From: Burkholderiales bacterium
GTDB lineage: Bacteria; Pseudomonadota; Gammaproteobacteria; Burkholderiales; SG8-41
Length of the DNA stretch: 64,000 bases
Reading direction: 5' to 3'
Assembly (NCBI GenBank): GCA_022841375.1
Contig: JALHRQ010000013.1
Location: forward strand, 5,384 to 69,383
Position numbers and translations under genes: made by a program
Notes under the pieces: model-generated
What the model was told of the DNA's origin: nothing
The model's input: the letters and a program-made list of their open reading frames with translations, nothing else
The model's database searches: none
In this document: positions 21,259 to 29,836 of the stretch, in pieces
Position numbering within the stretch: the first letter of the stretch is position 1
How the letters are laid out: each line of letters starts with the position of its first letter

Positions 21259-21834
21259 ATGCGCAACAATTTCACCCGCTGGTGTATCACTCTCACCGCG
21301 ATCACTTTCTGCAGTATTGCCGATGCACATCCGGGACATGGGAGTGGCGTCATAGCGGGTATGGCCCATCCCTTACTTGGTCCTGACCATTTACTCGCGA
21401 TGCTTGCGGTCGGTGTATGGGCGGCTCAGTTGGGAGGCCGTGCAAGGTGGCTGGTGCCTGCCAGTTTTGTAGCGATCATGGTGCTGGCCGGCAGCATCGC
21501 TACGACTGGTATCGTGCTGCCCGTGGTCGAAAGCGGTATTGCGACTTCCGTTCTGCTGCTCGGTTTGCTGATCGCTTTTTCGGTGACGGTGACGCCCGCT
21601 CTTGGTGCGGGTATCGTCGGTTTATTTGCGGTTTTCCATGGCTATGCCCACGGTACTGAAATGTCGCTATATGGCACGCCATGGCAGTATGGATTCGGCT
21701 TTGTTGTATCTACCGCCGTATTGCATGGCGTCGGTCTGTTGCTCGGCCGGAGCTTGCATCAACAGGGCTTGTGGCTGCGTGCGGCGGGCGCCTTGGTCGC
21801 TGGCAGCGGCGTCTGGATGATGATCGCAATTTAG
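21259..21834 (+). CDS. HupE/UreJ family Ni/Co transporter or chaperone
   Basis: Signal peptide ending ADAHPGH; HPLLGPDHLLAMLAVG, FHGYAHG.E and TAVLH. Confidence 0.9.
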   Translation: MRNNFTRWCITLTAITFCSIADAHPGHGSGVIAGMAHPLLGPDHLLAMLAVGVWAAQLGGRARWLVPASFVAIMVLAGSIATTGIVLPVVESGIATSVLLLGLLIAFSVTVTPALGAGIVGLFAVFHGYAHGTEMSLYGTPWQYGFGFVVSTAVLHGVGLLLGRSLHQQGLWLRAAGALVAGSGVWMMIAI

Positions 21835-21922
21835 AGCGATATAGCGCCGTCTCGCGAACCACAATTTCGCTCTTGTACCCACCTATGAGCTCGAAGAAGC
21901 ATAATTTTTGAGTTGAACAGAC

Positions 21923-22471
21923 ATGACCCGTACGCTGGTTTTGGGTGGAGCACGCTCAGGTAAGAGTGCTTATGCAGAAAAGCTCGCTGCGGCTTGCGGC
22001 AAGGCGGTTATCTATGTAGCGACCGCGCAAGCGGGGGATGCGGAAATGGCGGCGCGCATTGATCGTCATCGGCAGCAGCGCGACCACGCCTGGATGACTG
22101 TTGAAGAACCTCGGGCCCTAGGCGCTGCAATCGCAAAATGGAGCGCACCGGAACGATTGATCCTGGTCGATTGCCTGACGATTTGGCTTTCCAACTTGCT
22201 GTTCGCACAGGCGCAAACTTTTCCTGATGTGGGCGAGATTATTCCGCCCGCGTGCTTTCGCGAGGAACGCGAGCGCTTCCTGCAATCGCTAGAGCAAGCC
22301 GCCGGCGATGTAATCCTCGTATCGAATGAAGTCGGCATGGGTGTAATTCCGCAGGGCGCGATATCACGCTGGTTTGTCGATGAAGCGGGCTGTTTGCATC
22401 AAGCGATTGCGGCAGGTTGCGCGCGTGTGGTGTGGGTCGCCGCCGGGTTGCCGGTGATGCTGAAAGGCTGA
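21923..22471 (+). CDS. cobU: Bifunctional adenosylcobinamide kinase / cobinamide-phosphate guanylyltransferase
   Basis: GGARSGKS, EM..RI..H, VDCLTIWLSN and VSNEVG.G. Confidence 0.94.
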   Translation: MTRTLVLGGARSGKSAYAEKLAAACGKAVIYVATAQAGDAEMAARIDRHRQQRDHAWMTVEEPRALGAAIAKWSAPERLILVDCLTIWLSNLLFAQAQTFPDVGEIIPPACFREERERFLQSLEQAAGDVILVSNEVGMGVIPQGAISRWFVDEAGCLHQAIAAGCARVVWVAAGLPVMLKG

Positions 22472-22473
22472 GC

Positions 22474-23427
22474 GTGCTGACCGATTTGAGCTTAACGATG
22501 ATTGCGCTGCTGGTCATTGTCGGCGTGCTGCTCGATTTGATGCTGGGCGAGGCGCGGCGCTGGCACCCGCTGGTAGGATTTGGCCTGCTGGCCAATACAT
22601 TGGAGCGGGAGCTTAATCAAGGTGGTCAAAAATACTTGAAGGGTGCGTTGGCGTGGCTATTGGCGATATTGCCGTTGGTGCTACTCGCGTATTGGACCAT
22701 CCGCTGGAGTGCAATCCTGGGAATATGGGCGAGCGCCGGCATACACGCCGTGCTGCTTTATTTCAGCCTTGGATTGCGCAGTTTGCGCGACCATACGTTG
22801 CCGATCGAACGTGCGATGGCACAAAACGATCTGGTCCAAGCGCGCCAGCTAACCGGGCGCATCGTAAGTCGCGACACAGCGCAGGCCGATGCCTCCGATC
22901 TGGCCAAAGCCGGTGTCGAGTCTTTGCTGGAAAACGGCAACGATGCAGTGTTCGGCGCGCTGTTCTGGTTCATCGTCGGGGGTGGGCCTGGTGCACTATT
23001 GTTCAGGCTGGCAAACACGCTGGATGCAATGTGGGGATACCGTAATCCACGCTATCACGCCTTCGGGTGCGTCGCGGCTCGCATCGACGACGCTTTGAAC
23101 TGGATTCCGGCAAGGTTCACTGCGCTGTCATACGCTCTGCTCGGCGACATGCGGCAAGCGTTGCATTGCTGGCATACGCAGGCGCCAAACTGGTCTAGTC
23201 CCAATGCCGGTCCAGTCATGGCGGCTGGTGCGGGCGCTTTGGGTCTCATACTCGGTGGCGCAGCCTCTTACGAGGGGGTGACTGAGAACAGGCCGCCACT
23301 GGGAGTAGGGTGCGCCGCGAGCGCAACAGATATCGGACGCGCATGGCGATTGGTAGCGGGTGCCACCGCGCTATGGATAGCCGTCCTGAGCATTGTTGCG
23401 GCGTGCATATTTTTCTTGAAAGGGTGA
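22474..23427 (+). CDS. cbiB: Adenosylcobinamide-phosphate synthase (start uncertain, 22474 or 22498)
   Basis: HPLVG.G, IVSRDT, ESLLEN.ND, NTLDAMWGY, DDALNWIPAR and SPNAG. Confidence 0.93.
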   Translation: MLTDLSLTMIALLVIVGVLLDLMLGEARRWHPLVGFGLLANTLERELNQGGQKYLKGALAWLLAILPLVLLAYWTIRWSAILGIWASAGIHAVLLYFSLGLRSLRDHTLPIERAMAQNDLVQARQLTGRIVSRDTAQADASDLAKAGVESLLENGNDAVFGALFWFIVGGGPGALLFRLANTLDAMWGYRNPRYHAFGCVAARIDDALNWIPARFTALSYALLGDMRQALHCWHTQAPNWSSPNAGPVMAAGAGALGLILGGAASYEGVTENRPPLGVGCAASATDIGRAWRLVAGATALWIAVLSIVAACIFFLKG

Positions 23428-23430
23428 TGC

Positions 23431-24483
23431 GTGCTTGAGCATGGCGGCAACCTGCACGACGCGATCGCCCGTTTTGGCCGACCGCGCGAAGACTGGGTCG
23501 ATCTTTCTACCGGCATCAATCCGCAGCCGTATCCTGCGCCTCCGCTGGCTGCGAATGCCTGGCATCGCTTGCCGGAGGTTTGCCCTGCATTGACCGCTGC
23601 CGCCGAGGCCTATTACGGCGCGCCGCAGGTATTGCCGGTGGCGGGCACGCAAGCCGCGATTCAAGCGCTGCCACGCTTGCGTATTGCGCCTTCACGAGTG
23701 GTGGTGGCTGCGCCCGCTTATGCCGAACACGCCCATCGGTGGGCGCAGGCAGGCCATGCTATGCGTGAAGTTCCTTACGAGGAACTGGAGTCCGCCGTGG
23801 CGGATTGCGATGTGATGGTGATCTGCAATCCGAATAATCCGACCGGCGCCACAGTTGCGCCCGAAGTTCTGCTGGCTTGGGCCAACCAGTTGGCATTGCG
23901 CAACGGCTGGCTGGTGGTCGATGAGGCATTTGGTGATACCACTCCGCAGTTGAGCGTGGCGGCTTGGTCCGATCGTCCGGGGCTGATTGTGCTGCGCTCG
24001 GTAGGTAAATTTTTCGGCCTGGCGGGTTTGCGGCTGGGTTTCGTAGCGGCACATCCTGCGCTATTAGCAGCGTTATCTGAGGTTCTCGGCCCGTGGTCGG
24101 TGAGTGGCCCGGCGCAAGAAATCGGATGCGCGGCGCTGGCTGATCGTCCTTGGCAGCAGGCTACGCGTACACATTTGTTGAACGCCGGCGCGCGTTTGCA
24201 CATGCTGCTGGCCCGTCATGGGATCAGCGCGAGCGGCAGCGCGTTATATCAATGGTGGCCCGAGTGGGAAGCCGAAGCATTTTGGCTACACATGGCGAAG
24301 CGCGGCGTATGGGTGCGTTTGTTCACACGTGGCGCGCGCGGCATACGGCTTGGGTTGCCGCTGGACGAGGCGGCCTGGCAACGTTTGACGAACGTGCTTG
24401 ATTCACTCGACGTCGATCTGACGAATCGTCCTGGTTCTGGAATAAGTGCCGGCGTAGTTGCTGTGTGCGAGAAAAACGCGTAG
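23431..24483 (+). CDS. cobD: L-threonine-O-3-phosphate decarboxylase (PLP)
   Basis: [23 protein letters not shown] and [15 protein letters not shown]. Confidence 0.92.
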   Translation: MLEHGGNLHDAIARFGRPREDWVDLSTGINPQPYPAPPLAANAWHRLPEVCPALTAAAEAYYGAPQVLPVAGTQAAIQALPRLRIAPSRVVVAAPAYAEHAHRWAQAGHAMREVPYEELESAVADCDVMVICNPNNPTGATVAPEVLLAWANQLALRNGWLVVDEAFGDTTPQLSVAAWSDRPGLIVLRSVGKFFGLAGLRLGFVAAHPALLAALSEVLGPWSVSGPAQEIGCAALADRPWQQATRTHLLNAGARLHMLLARHGISASGSALYQWWPEWEAEAFWLHMAKRGVWVRLFTRGARGIRLGLPLDEAAWQRLTNVLDSLDVDLTNRPGSGISAGVVAVCEKNA

Positions 24484-24500
24484 ACACGAAGCGACTACTT

Positions 24501-25946
24501 ATGAGCTTTCCCTATCGTACATTGATGGTGCAAGGCACTACTTCCGATGCCGGCAAAAGCACCGTGGTGGCGGCGCTATGCCGTCTACTCGCGCGACAAG
24601 GTGTCAAGGTGGTGCCGTTCAAACCGCAGAATATGGCGCTCAATAGCGCCGTCACTTCGGATGGCGGTGAAATCGGGCGCGCGCAGGCATTGCAGGCGCA
24701 GGCGGCCGGACTGGTGCCGCATACCGACATGAATCCAGTCTTGCTCAAGCCATCCAGCGATACCGGCGCGCAAGTCATTATCCACGGCAAAGTGCGGGCC
24801 GACATGAATGCACGCGATTACCACCAGTACAAGACGGTCGCGATGCAAGCAGTGCTGGAATCGTACCGGCGGCTGACGGAGCAATATGAAGTCGTGATCG
24901 TGGAAGGTGCAGGCAGTCCGGCCGAGATCAATCTGCGTGAGCGCGACATTGCCAACATGGGTTTTGCCGAAGCGGTCGATTGCCCGGTGATCTTGGTGGC
25001 CGACATCCACCGCGGTGGAGTGTTTGCCCATATCGTCGGCACCTTGATCTGCCTTTCTGCCACCGAGCGCGAGCGGATCATCGGCTTTGTCATCAATTGT
25101 TTTCGCGGCGATATCGAACTATTGAAACCGGGCCTGCAATGGCTGGAGGGACAAACCGGAAAACCGGTACTTGCGGTGCTGCCTTATGTGCAGGGCTTGT
25201 TCTTGGATGCTGAAGATGCGATCCAGCCTGCACAAACCGCCGGTGGGAAATTTCGCGTGCTGATTCCGGTTTTGCCCAGAATTAGCAACCATACCGACTT
25301 CGATGCACTACGCGCGCATCCTGATGTTGATTTGCAATTCATCGGTTCGGGGCAGGCGATTCCCCCCGCCGATTTGATCATCTTACCAGGCAGTAAAAGC
25401 ACCCGCGCAGATCTTGCGTGGTTGGTCGAACATGGTTGGAAAGAAGCGATGAGCAAGCATGTTCGCTATGGAGGCAAGGTGATCGGCGTGTGCGGCGGCT
25501 TTCAGATGCTGGGGCACGCCATATCCGATCCGCATGGCGTCGAAGGCCTGCCCGGCGTATCACAAGGACTGGGCTTGCTCGATATTGATACCGAGTTGAC
25601 TCAGAAAAAACGCTTGGCGCAAGTCAGTGGTCGCTGTGCTTTCGTCGAAGCTGCCGTGAGCGGATACGAAATTCACATGGGAATTTCGCTAGGTGCTGCA
25701 CTAAAAAAACCAGCCTTCGTCATCAATGATCGCCCAGAAGGTGCGCGCTCTCCGGACGATCAAATTATGGGCACCTATCTGCACGGGGTGTTCGATACTC
25801 CCGCAGCCTTTGCAGCATTGTTACAATGGGCTGGGCTCTCCGGTGCGGCGCCGATTGACTTGGCGCAATTGCGTGAGAAAAGTCTAGACCGTATCGCCGA
25901 TGCCACCGTGCCATTATTGGATGCCCTGCAAGTAGTTTCAACTTGA
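24501..25946 (+). CDS. cobQ: Cobyric acid synthase
   Basis: [52 protein letters not shown] and GTYLHG. Confidence 0.96.
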   Translation: MSFPYRTLMVQGTTSDAGKSTVVAALCRLLARQGVKVVPFKPQNMALNSAVTSDGGEIGRAQALQAQAAGLVPHTDMNPVLLKPSSDTGAQVIIHGKVRADMNARDYHQYKTVAMQAVLESYRRLTEQYEVVIVEGAGSPAEINLRERDIANMGFAEAVDCPVILVADIHRGGVFAHIVGTLICLSATERERIIGFVINCFRGDIELLKPGLQWLEGQTGKPVLAVLPYVQGLFLDAEDAIQPAQTAGGKFRVLIPVLPRISNHTDFDALRAHPDVDLQFIGSGQAIPPADLIILPGSKSTRADLAWLVEHGWKEAMSKHVRYGGKVIGVCGGFQMLGHAISDPHGVEGLPGVSQGLGLLDIDTELTQKKRLAQVSGRCAFVEAAVSGYEIHMGISLGAALKKPAFVINDRPEGARSPDDQIMGTYLHGVFDTPAAFAALLQWAGLSGAAPIDLAQLREKSLDRIADATVPLLDALQVVST

Positions 25947-26270
25947 AGTGGCTAGAATTTTCTTGAGGTTTGATTGAGTATTGCCAGATGGTCAGGTGAT
26001 GTGTGATGCACAACGGGTTCCAAAGAAAATAGACTACTCGGATTCGGATGCTCGCACGGTCTTTTTGATAATTGAGTTGAAGTTCTGTCTTCTTATTGGC
26101 CCAGATACTAAGGGGACGCGTCACAAACATTTGATTTAGCCAGGTTGTGGAGACAACCAGCGATAGATAACTTGCGCAGGCCCGGACACTGGGTTAGTCG
26201 AGCACACCACCGTTAACACGGTAATCCAGCTTGACCCGTTCCTAGTTCTCGGGGAGAATCATTCAATCGT

Positions 26271-26434
26271 TCGGTTCGACGAAACGGAACACGGTGTGAA
26301 TCCGTGGCGGGCCCGCCGCTGTATCCGGGGACGGACGCTGCAAGATCGCAAGATCGGCCACTGACGGGGATCCACCCCGGCGGGAAGGCGCAGCGCTCCG
26401 GCTGATCCGGTAGCCAGAAGACGTGTCGAACCGA
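26271..26434 (+). ncRNA. Second cobalamin riboswitch, upstream of the peptide/radical SAM pair
   Basis: P1 TCGGTTCGAC/GTCGAACCGA; AAACGGAACACGGTGTGAATCCGTG, CCCGCCGCTGT, GCCACTG...GGGAAGGC and B12 box TAGCCAGAAGAC. Confidence 0.88.
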
Positions 26435-26448
26435 TTCGGAGTCTAGGT

Positions 26449-26507
26449 AAGGGCTCCGGCTGACTGCGTGCGCAAGCGTGCAGTCAGCCGGAGCCCTTTT
26501 TGTTTTT
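26449..26507 (+). terminator. Intrinsic terminator (attenuator) of the riboswitch expression platform
   Basis: AAGGGCTCCGGCTGACTGC...GCAGTCAGCCGGAGCCCTT long stem followed by a T tract, between the aptamer and the first gene. Confidence 0.88.
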
Positions 26508-26527
26508 CTAGTCCAGAGGAGTAGATC

Positions 26528-26677
26528 ATGACGCAGACAGTGCAAACGCAACAACCGCCCCAAACCGCCGCCAACGCACAACCGGTCGCCCCGACCATCG
26601 CCGTGCGCAAGAGCTGCAACCCCGATGGCATTGGCCTCTCGCACTACGTGCTGATGGACAGGAAATCCGCCAAATGA
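26528..26677 (+). CDS. cbpA: 49-aa precursor peptide (CbpA-like), not in the ORF track: MTQTVQTQQPPQTAANAQPVAPTIAVRKSCNPDGIGLSHYVLMDRKSAK
   Basis: SD AGAGGAG before ATG 26528; TGA overlaps the radical SAM ATG (ATGA at 26674-26677); core IAVRKSC..DG.GLSHY.LMD resembles the CbpA family as I recall it. Confidence 0.82.
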   Translation: MTQTVQTQQPPQTAANAQPVAPTIAVRKSCNPDGIGLSHYVLMDRKSAK

Positions 26678-28098
26678 CGGCAGCAGTCCTGAAGCGGTCC
26701 GACGCCGGTCCAGCGCTTTTCCGCGTGGACATCGGCCACGATGTCTACGCGGCGGTCACCGACCCGAACACCGCCTTCTGGGCGCTGGTCGACAAGACGC
26801 GCATCGCGGAGGAACTGGCTGGCGGTCCGTTACTCGACGCCTACCGCGCCAAGGCCGACAGCTTCGCTCGCGAGTTGCACGCACTGCGGTTCGAGCTAAA
26901 GCCGTCCGGTGTCTACCTTAACCCGACGGAGCGCTGCAACCTCAACTGTACTTACTGTTACCTGCCGGATACCCAGCGCAGCGGCGGCAGCCACATGCCG
27001 CAAAAGATGCTCTTGGATTCGCTCCGGCGCCTGCGCAGCTACTTTCGGTCGGTCATGCCCGATGGGCGCAAGCCGCGCGCCATCTTCCACGGGGCCGAGC
27101 CGCTGATGAACAAGGCGGCGGTGTTCGTTGCTATTGACGAATTCGCCAACGATTTCGCCTTTGGCCTGCAGACAAACGGCACACTGCTCGACGACGCTGC
27201 GGTCGAATTCCTCACTGCGCGCAACGTCAGTATCGGCCTCTCGCTCGACGGCCCGGTGGCCGGCATCACCAACGCCACGCGCCGCACCTGGGGTGGCAAG
27301 AGCGTGCACAACAAGGTGCTGGCCGCGATGGACAGGCTCAAGGGCTACGGCTCGTGGAGTGTCATCACCACCTGCACTACGGAGAACCTGCCTTACCTGA
27401 CGAATATAGTCGAACTCTTCCACGAACGCGAAGTGCCGACCTGCATGCTCAATACGGTGCGCTGCACGCTGCCCGGCGCGCGTAGCGTCAAGCCGGCCGA
27501 CGGTGACATGGCCAAGGCTTTCTTCGCCGCCATAGACCGCACCCACTCGCTCTACCGCGAGACCGGGCGCAAGCTAATAGTCGCCAACTTCGCCAACATC
27601 CTGCTCGCCATTCTTGCCCCGACAGCGCGGCGGCTGATGTGCGACATCTCGCCCTGCGGCGGCGGCCGCGCCTTCTTCGCGCTGGCGGCGGACGGTAGTC
27701 TCTACCCGTGCAGCGAGTTCATCGGGTTGCCGCGCTTCAATGGCGGCAAGCTATTCGACGATAGCGTCGAGTGTGGAGTGGAAGCGGCGCTGGCCTCATC
27801 CGCCTTCCGCGCCGTCACTGAGCGCGACGCCGACCGCTTCTCACCCTGTGGTGAATGCGCCATCCGCCACTTCTGCGGCTCGCCATGCCCGGCCGAGGCG
27901 CACGAGATGAACGGCGGCATGGAGAAAGTCGGCGCCTTCTGCGATTTCTACAAGGAACAGGTGAGCTACGCCCTGCGCCTGATCGCTGACCGCAATGCCG
28001 ACAACTACCTGTGGGACGGCTGGGACGAGGCAACGGAAACGGTGTTCGATGTGGCCGCCTACCCGCCTGCTCACAGGCCAGAATCTCTTTGCCTTTGA
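26674..28098 (+). CDS. cbpB: Peptide-modifying radical SAM/SPASM enzyme (CbpB-like)
   Basis: CNLNCTYC; HGAEP, QTNGT and SLDGP; SPASM cysteines CDISPCGGG...YPCSEF...CGEC...CGSPCP...C; coupled to the upstream peptide. Confidence 0.85.
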   Translation: MTAAVLKRSDAGPALFRVDIGHDVYAAVTDPNTAFWALVDKTRIAEELAGGPLLDAYRAKADSFARELHALRFELKPSGVYLNPTERCNLNCTYCYLPDTQRSGGSHMPQKMLLDSLRRLRSYFRSVMPDGRKPRAIFHGAEPLMNKAAVFVAIDEFANDFAFGLQTNGTLLDDAAVEFLTARNVSIGLSLDGPVAGITNATRRTWGGKSVHNKVLAAMDRLKGYGSWSVITTCTTENLPYLTNIVELFHEREVPTCMLNTVRCTLPGARSVKPADGDMAKAFFAAIDRTHSLYRETGRKLIVANFANILLAILAPTARRLMCDISPCGGGRAFFALAADGSLYPCSEFIGLPRFNGGKLFDDSVECGVEAALASSAFRAVTERDADRFSPCGECAIRHFCGSPCPAEAHEMNGGMEKVGAFCDFYKEQVSYALRLIADRNADNYLWDGWDEATETVFDVAAYPPAHRPESLCL

Positions 28099-28151
28099 AG
28101 TAACCCCGGTCTGCAACCACGGTGAGATCTTTCTCTCCCATGGCAAGGCGC
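28061..28151 (-). mobile_element. Transposase fragment, IS1182-like
   Basis: Minus-strand AMGEKDLTVVADRGYFKGKEILACEQAG matches the DDE segment (ADRGY) typical of IS1182-family transposases; no full ORF. Confidence 0.6.
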
Positions 28152-28311
28152 AGGTTGAATGCGACATAGACGCGGTTGCGCATGAACTTTCTGTAACCCC
28201 CGATGTTGCCCATTTCGCCTGATTGGTCAAGTCGGCCGGGGGAATTTCACCCTCGGCCGACTCGACCAGTCGTATCGTTGGTTTGATCGTATGGAGTAGC
28301 ACGATACGGAA

Positions 28312-28440
28312 ATGACAAATGCATCTGACGATTCCAAAGCATTTTATAAATGGTTTCGTGATTCGGTCGTGTCGGAGCACACAGATCAACTTCGGCGCAT
28401 GGTTCGCTATTTAAAGGCGTGGGCAGCTATTGTATTTAAA
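28312..28440 (+). pseudogene. Fragment resembling a CD-NTase/SMODS (CBASS cyclase) internal segment
   Basis: SDDSKAFYKWF...QLRRMVRYLKAWAA resembles the SDPK..W / LR..VRYLKAW helices of cGAS/DncV-like enzymes; AT-rich; no catalytic N-terminus. Confidence 0.45.
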
Positions 28441-28553
28441 CTCGTTGAGTCAAATATTCTAGACTACACTTGCCAAAAATGTAGTGTGGGGGCATTTTTA
28501 GGGGCATCTAAGAAATTCTAATTCCTGAAAATATAGTTTTCACAAGTGGTTAT

Positions 28554-28582
28554 GAGGGAGATTCGAATCCCTCTCTCCGCCA
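28554..28582 (+). other. tRNA 3'-end copy (Ser-like), probable att site of an integrated element
   Basis: ...TTCGAATCCCTCTCTCCGCCA gives the T-loop and acceptor end with CCA; no 5' half upstream; preceded by two GGGGCAT direct repeats (28489-28495, 28501-28507). Confidence 0.7.
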
Positions 28583-28620
28583 AATACAAAACGGGGCCTT
28601 GTGCCCCGTTTTTGTATTTG
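28581..28620 (+). terminator. Bidirectional hairpin terminator after the tRNA fragment and after the MBL gene
   Basis: CAAATACAAAACGGGGC-CTTGT-GCCCCGTTTTTGTATTTG. Confidence 0.8.
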
Positions 28621-28676
28621 TGGTGAAGGGAGTAGAGAGAAGCCTCCGGTTCGACCAACGGCGTTAGCGTTTCTAC

Positions 28677-29738
28677 TTATTTCGCCGGCAGGCGGACGCT
28701 CACCAGATCCGTTCCAACGATGATGTTGCCGGCAAATCCCCCTTCCTGCGCTGACTTGCGGTAATCGGCTTCCGTCAGCGCGCCGCCCGGCAGCTTGTAA
28801 GGCCCTTGCTGCTTCGCGCCTAGCGGCGGGATCAGGTGGGTGAGCATCAGATGCTTTGCGCCGGCGCGTTTTGCCATGGCACCCAAATCGGCGGACGTGC
28901 TCTGGCGAAAATAAAAAGGCGGAGGCATGCCGCTGCCCTTGTCCGGTGCCATGACCGGATGAATCGCAGAATGCACAATCACATCGGCGCCCTTGGCGAG
29001 TTTTTCGACTTGATCCGAAGTCGAGGAAGTGCGTGGCGGTGCAAACACGTCGTTGCCGGCGTCACCGCCGATGACGACACTGCCCGCGGGAGTATCCACG
29101 CGATAGGAGGCATGACCCGGTATGTGCGTTGAGCGGATCGCGCTGACCTTGACGTCGCCGGACGACCAGACCTGCTGCGGCTCGTCTTTGGGTTCGAAGG
29201 CAATGGTATTGATTAACGCTGCCGGGCCACCTTCGGGACGTGTTTTGTCTTCCGAGTAGCGCTGGGCAATTTCGCCAGACTTGAGGTAGGCGTCGGCGAT
29301 ATGCGCCGCGAATTTCGAGCAACTGACGCCATAACCCTGCGGTGACGGCTGATCGGCGCTGCAGACCATGTCGAGCTTCGGGGCCTTGGCGCTGAAGTGC
29401 CAGCGTACCTGCACGAGGTCGGCAAAACCATCGGCGTGATCCGAATGCATGTGGGTAAAGAACACCGCATTGATCTGCGCCGGCGTCACACCGAGCTGCG
29501 ACAGTCGCATGCTGGTGCCGCGCCCCGCGTCGAACTGCAGCCTTACTGCGCCGCAATCATTGCTGTCGTCGCCGTAGCGCACCAGCGTTCCGGAACCGGC
29601 GAGTCCGTTAAAGACGGAAGGTCCGCCCTGGGTGCCTGTCAAAGTCACAATCAGGCAGGGTGCTGCCGCAACCGTCGATGCCGGTCCTGCCAGCCAGAAA
29701 ATCCCCACGAGCGACAGCGAAATCAATATTTTTTTCAT
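28677..29738 (-). CDS. Exported MBL-fold metallohydrolase (RNase Z/arylsulfatase-like)
   Basis: Signal peptide MKKILISLSLVG...AAAP with SD GGAGGAG; THMHSDH, DAGRG, GGDAG and LTHL. Confidence 0.85.
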   Translation of the reverse strand: MKKILISLSLVGIFWLAGPASTVAAAPCLIVTLTGTQGGPSVFNGLAGSGTLVRYGDDSNDCGAVRLQFDAGRGTSMRLSQLGVTPAQINAVFFTHMHSDHADGFADLVQVRWHFSAKAPKLDMVCSADQPSPQGYGVSCSKFAAHIADAYLKSGEIAQRYSEDKTRPEGGPAALINTIAFEPKDEPQQVWSSGDVKVSAIRSTHIPGHASYRVDTPAGSVVIGGDAGNDVFAPPRTSSTSDQVEKLAKGADVIVHSAIHPVMAPDKGSGMPPPFYFRQSTSADLGAMAKRAGAKHLMLTHLIPPLGAKQQGPYKLPGGALTEADYRKSAQEGGFAGNIIVGTDLVSVRLPAK

Positions 29739-29836
29739 TTTGATGACTCCTCCTTTGTTGAAAACAGATTGCAGCGCCAGGCGATATCCGGACTCGAGCA
29801 ATAAATGGTTTTCAGTGGATGTCTGTCATGGAAGTT

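Noticed and set aside
26213-26732. Minus-strand ORFs of 143, 62 and 68 aa
   Set aside because: They overlap the riboswitch, terminator and + strand peptide gene, which explain the region
28554-28582. Complete tRNA gene
   Set aside because: Only the T-loop and acceptor 3' strand are present; no D arm, anticodon arm or 5' acceptor strand
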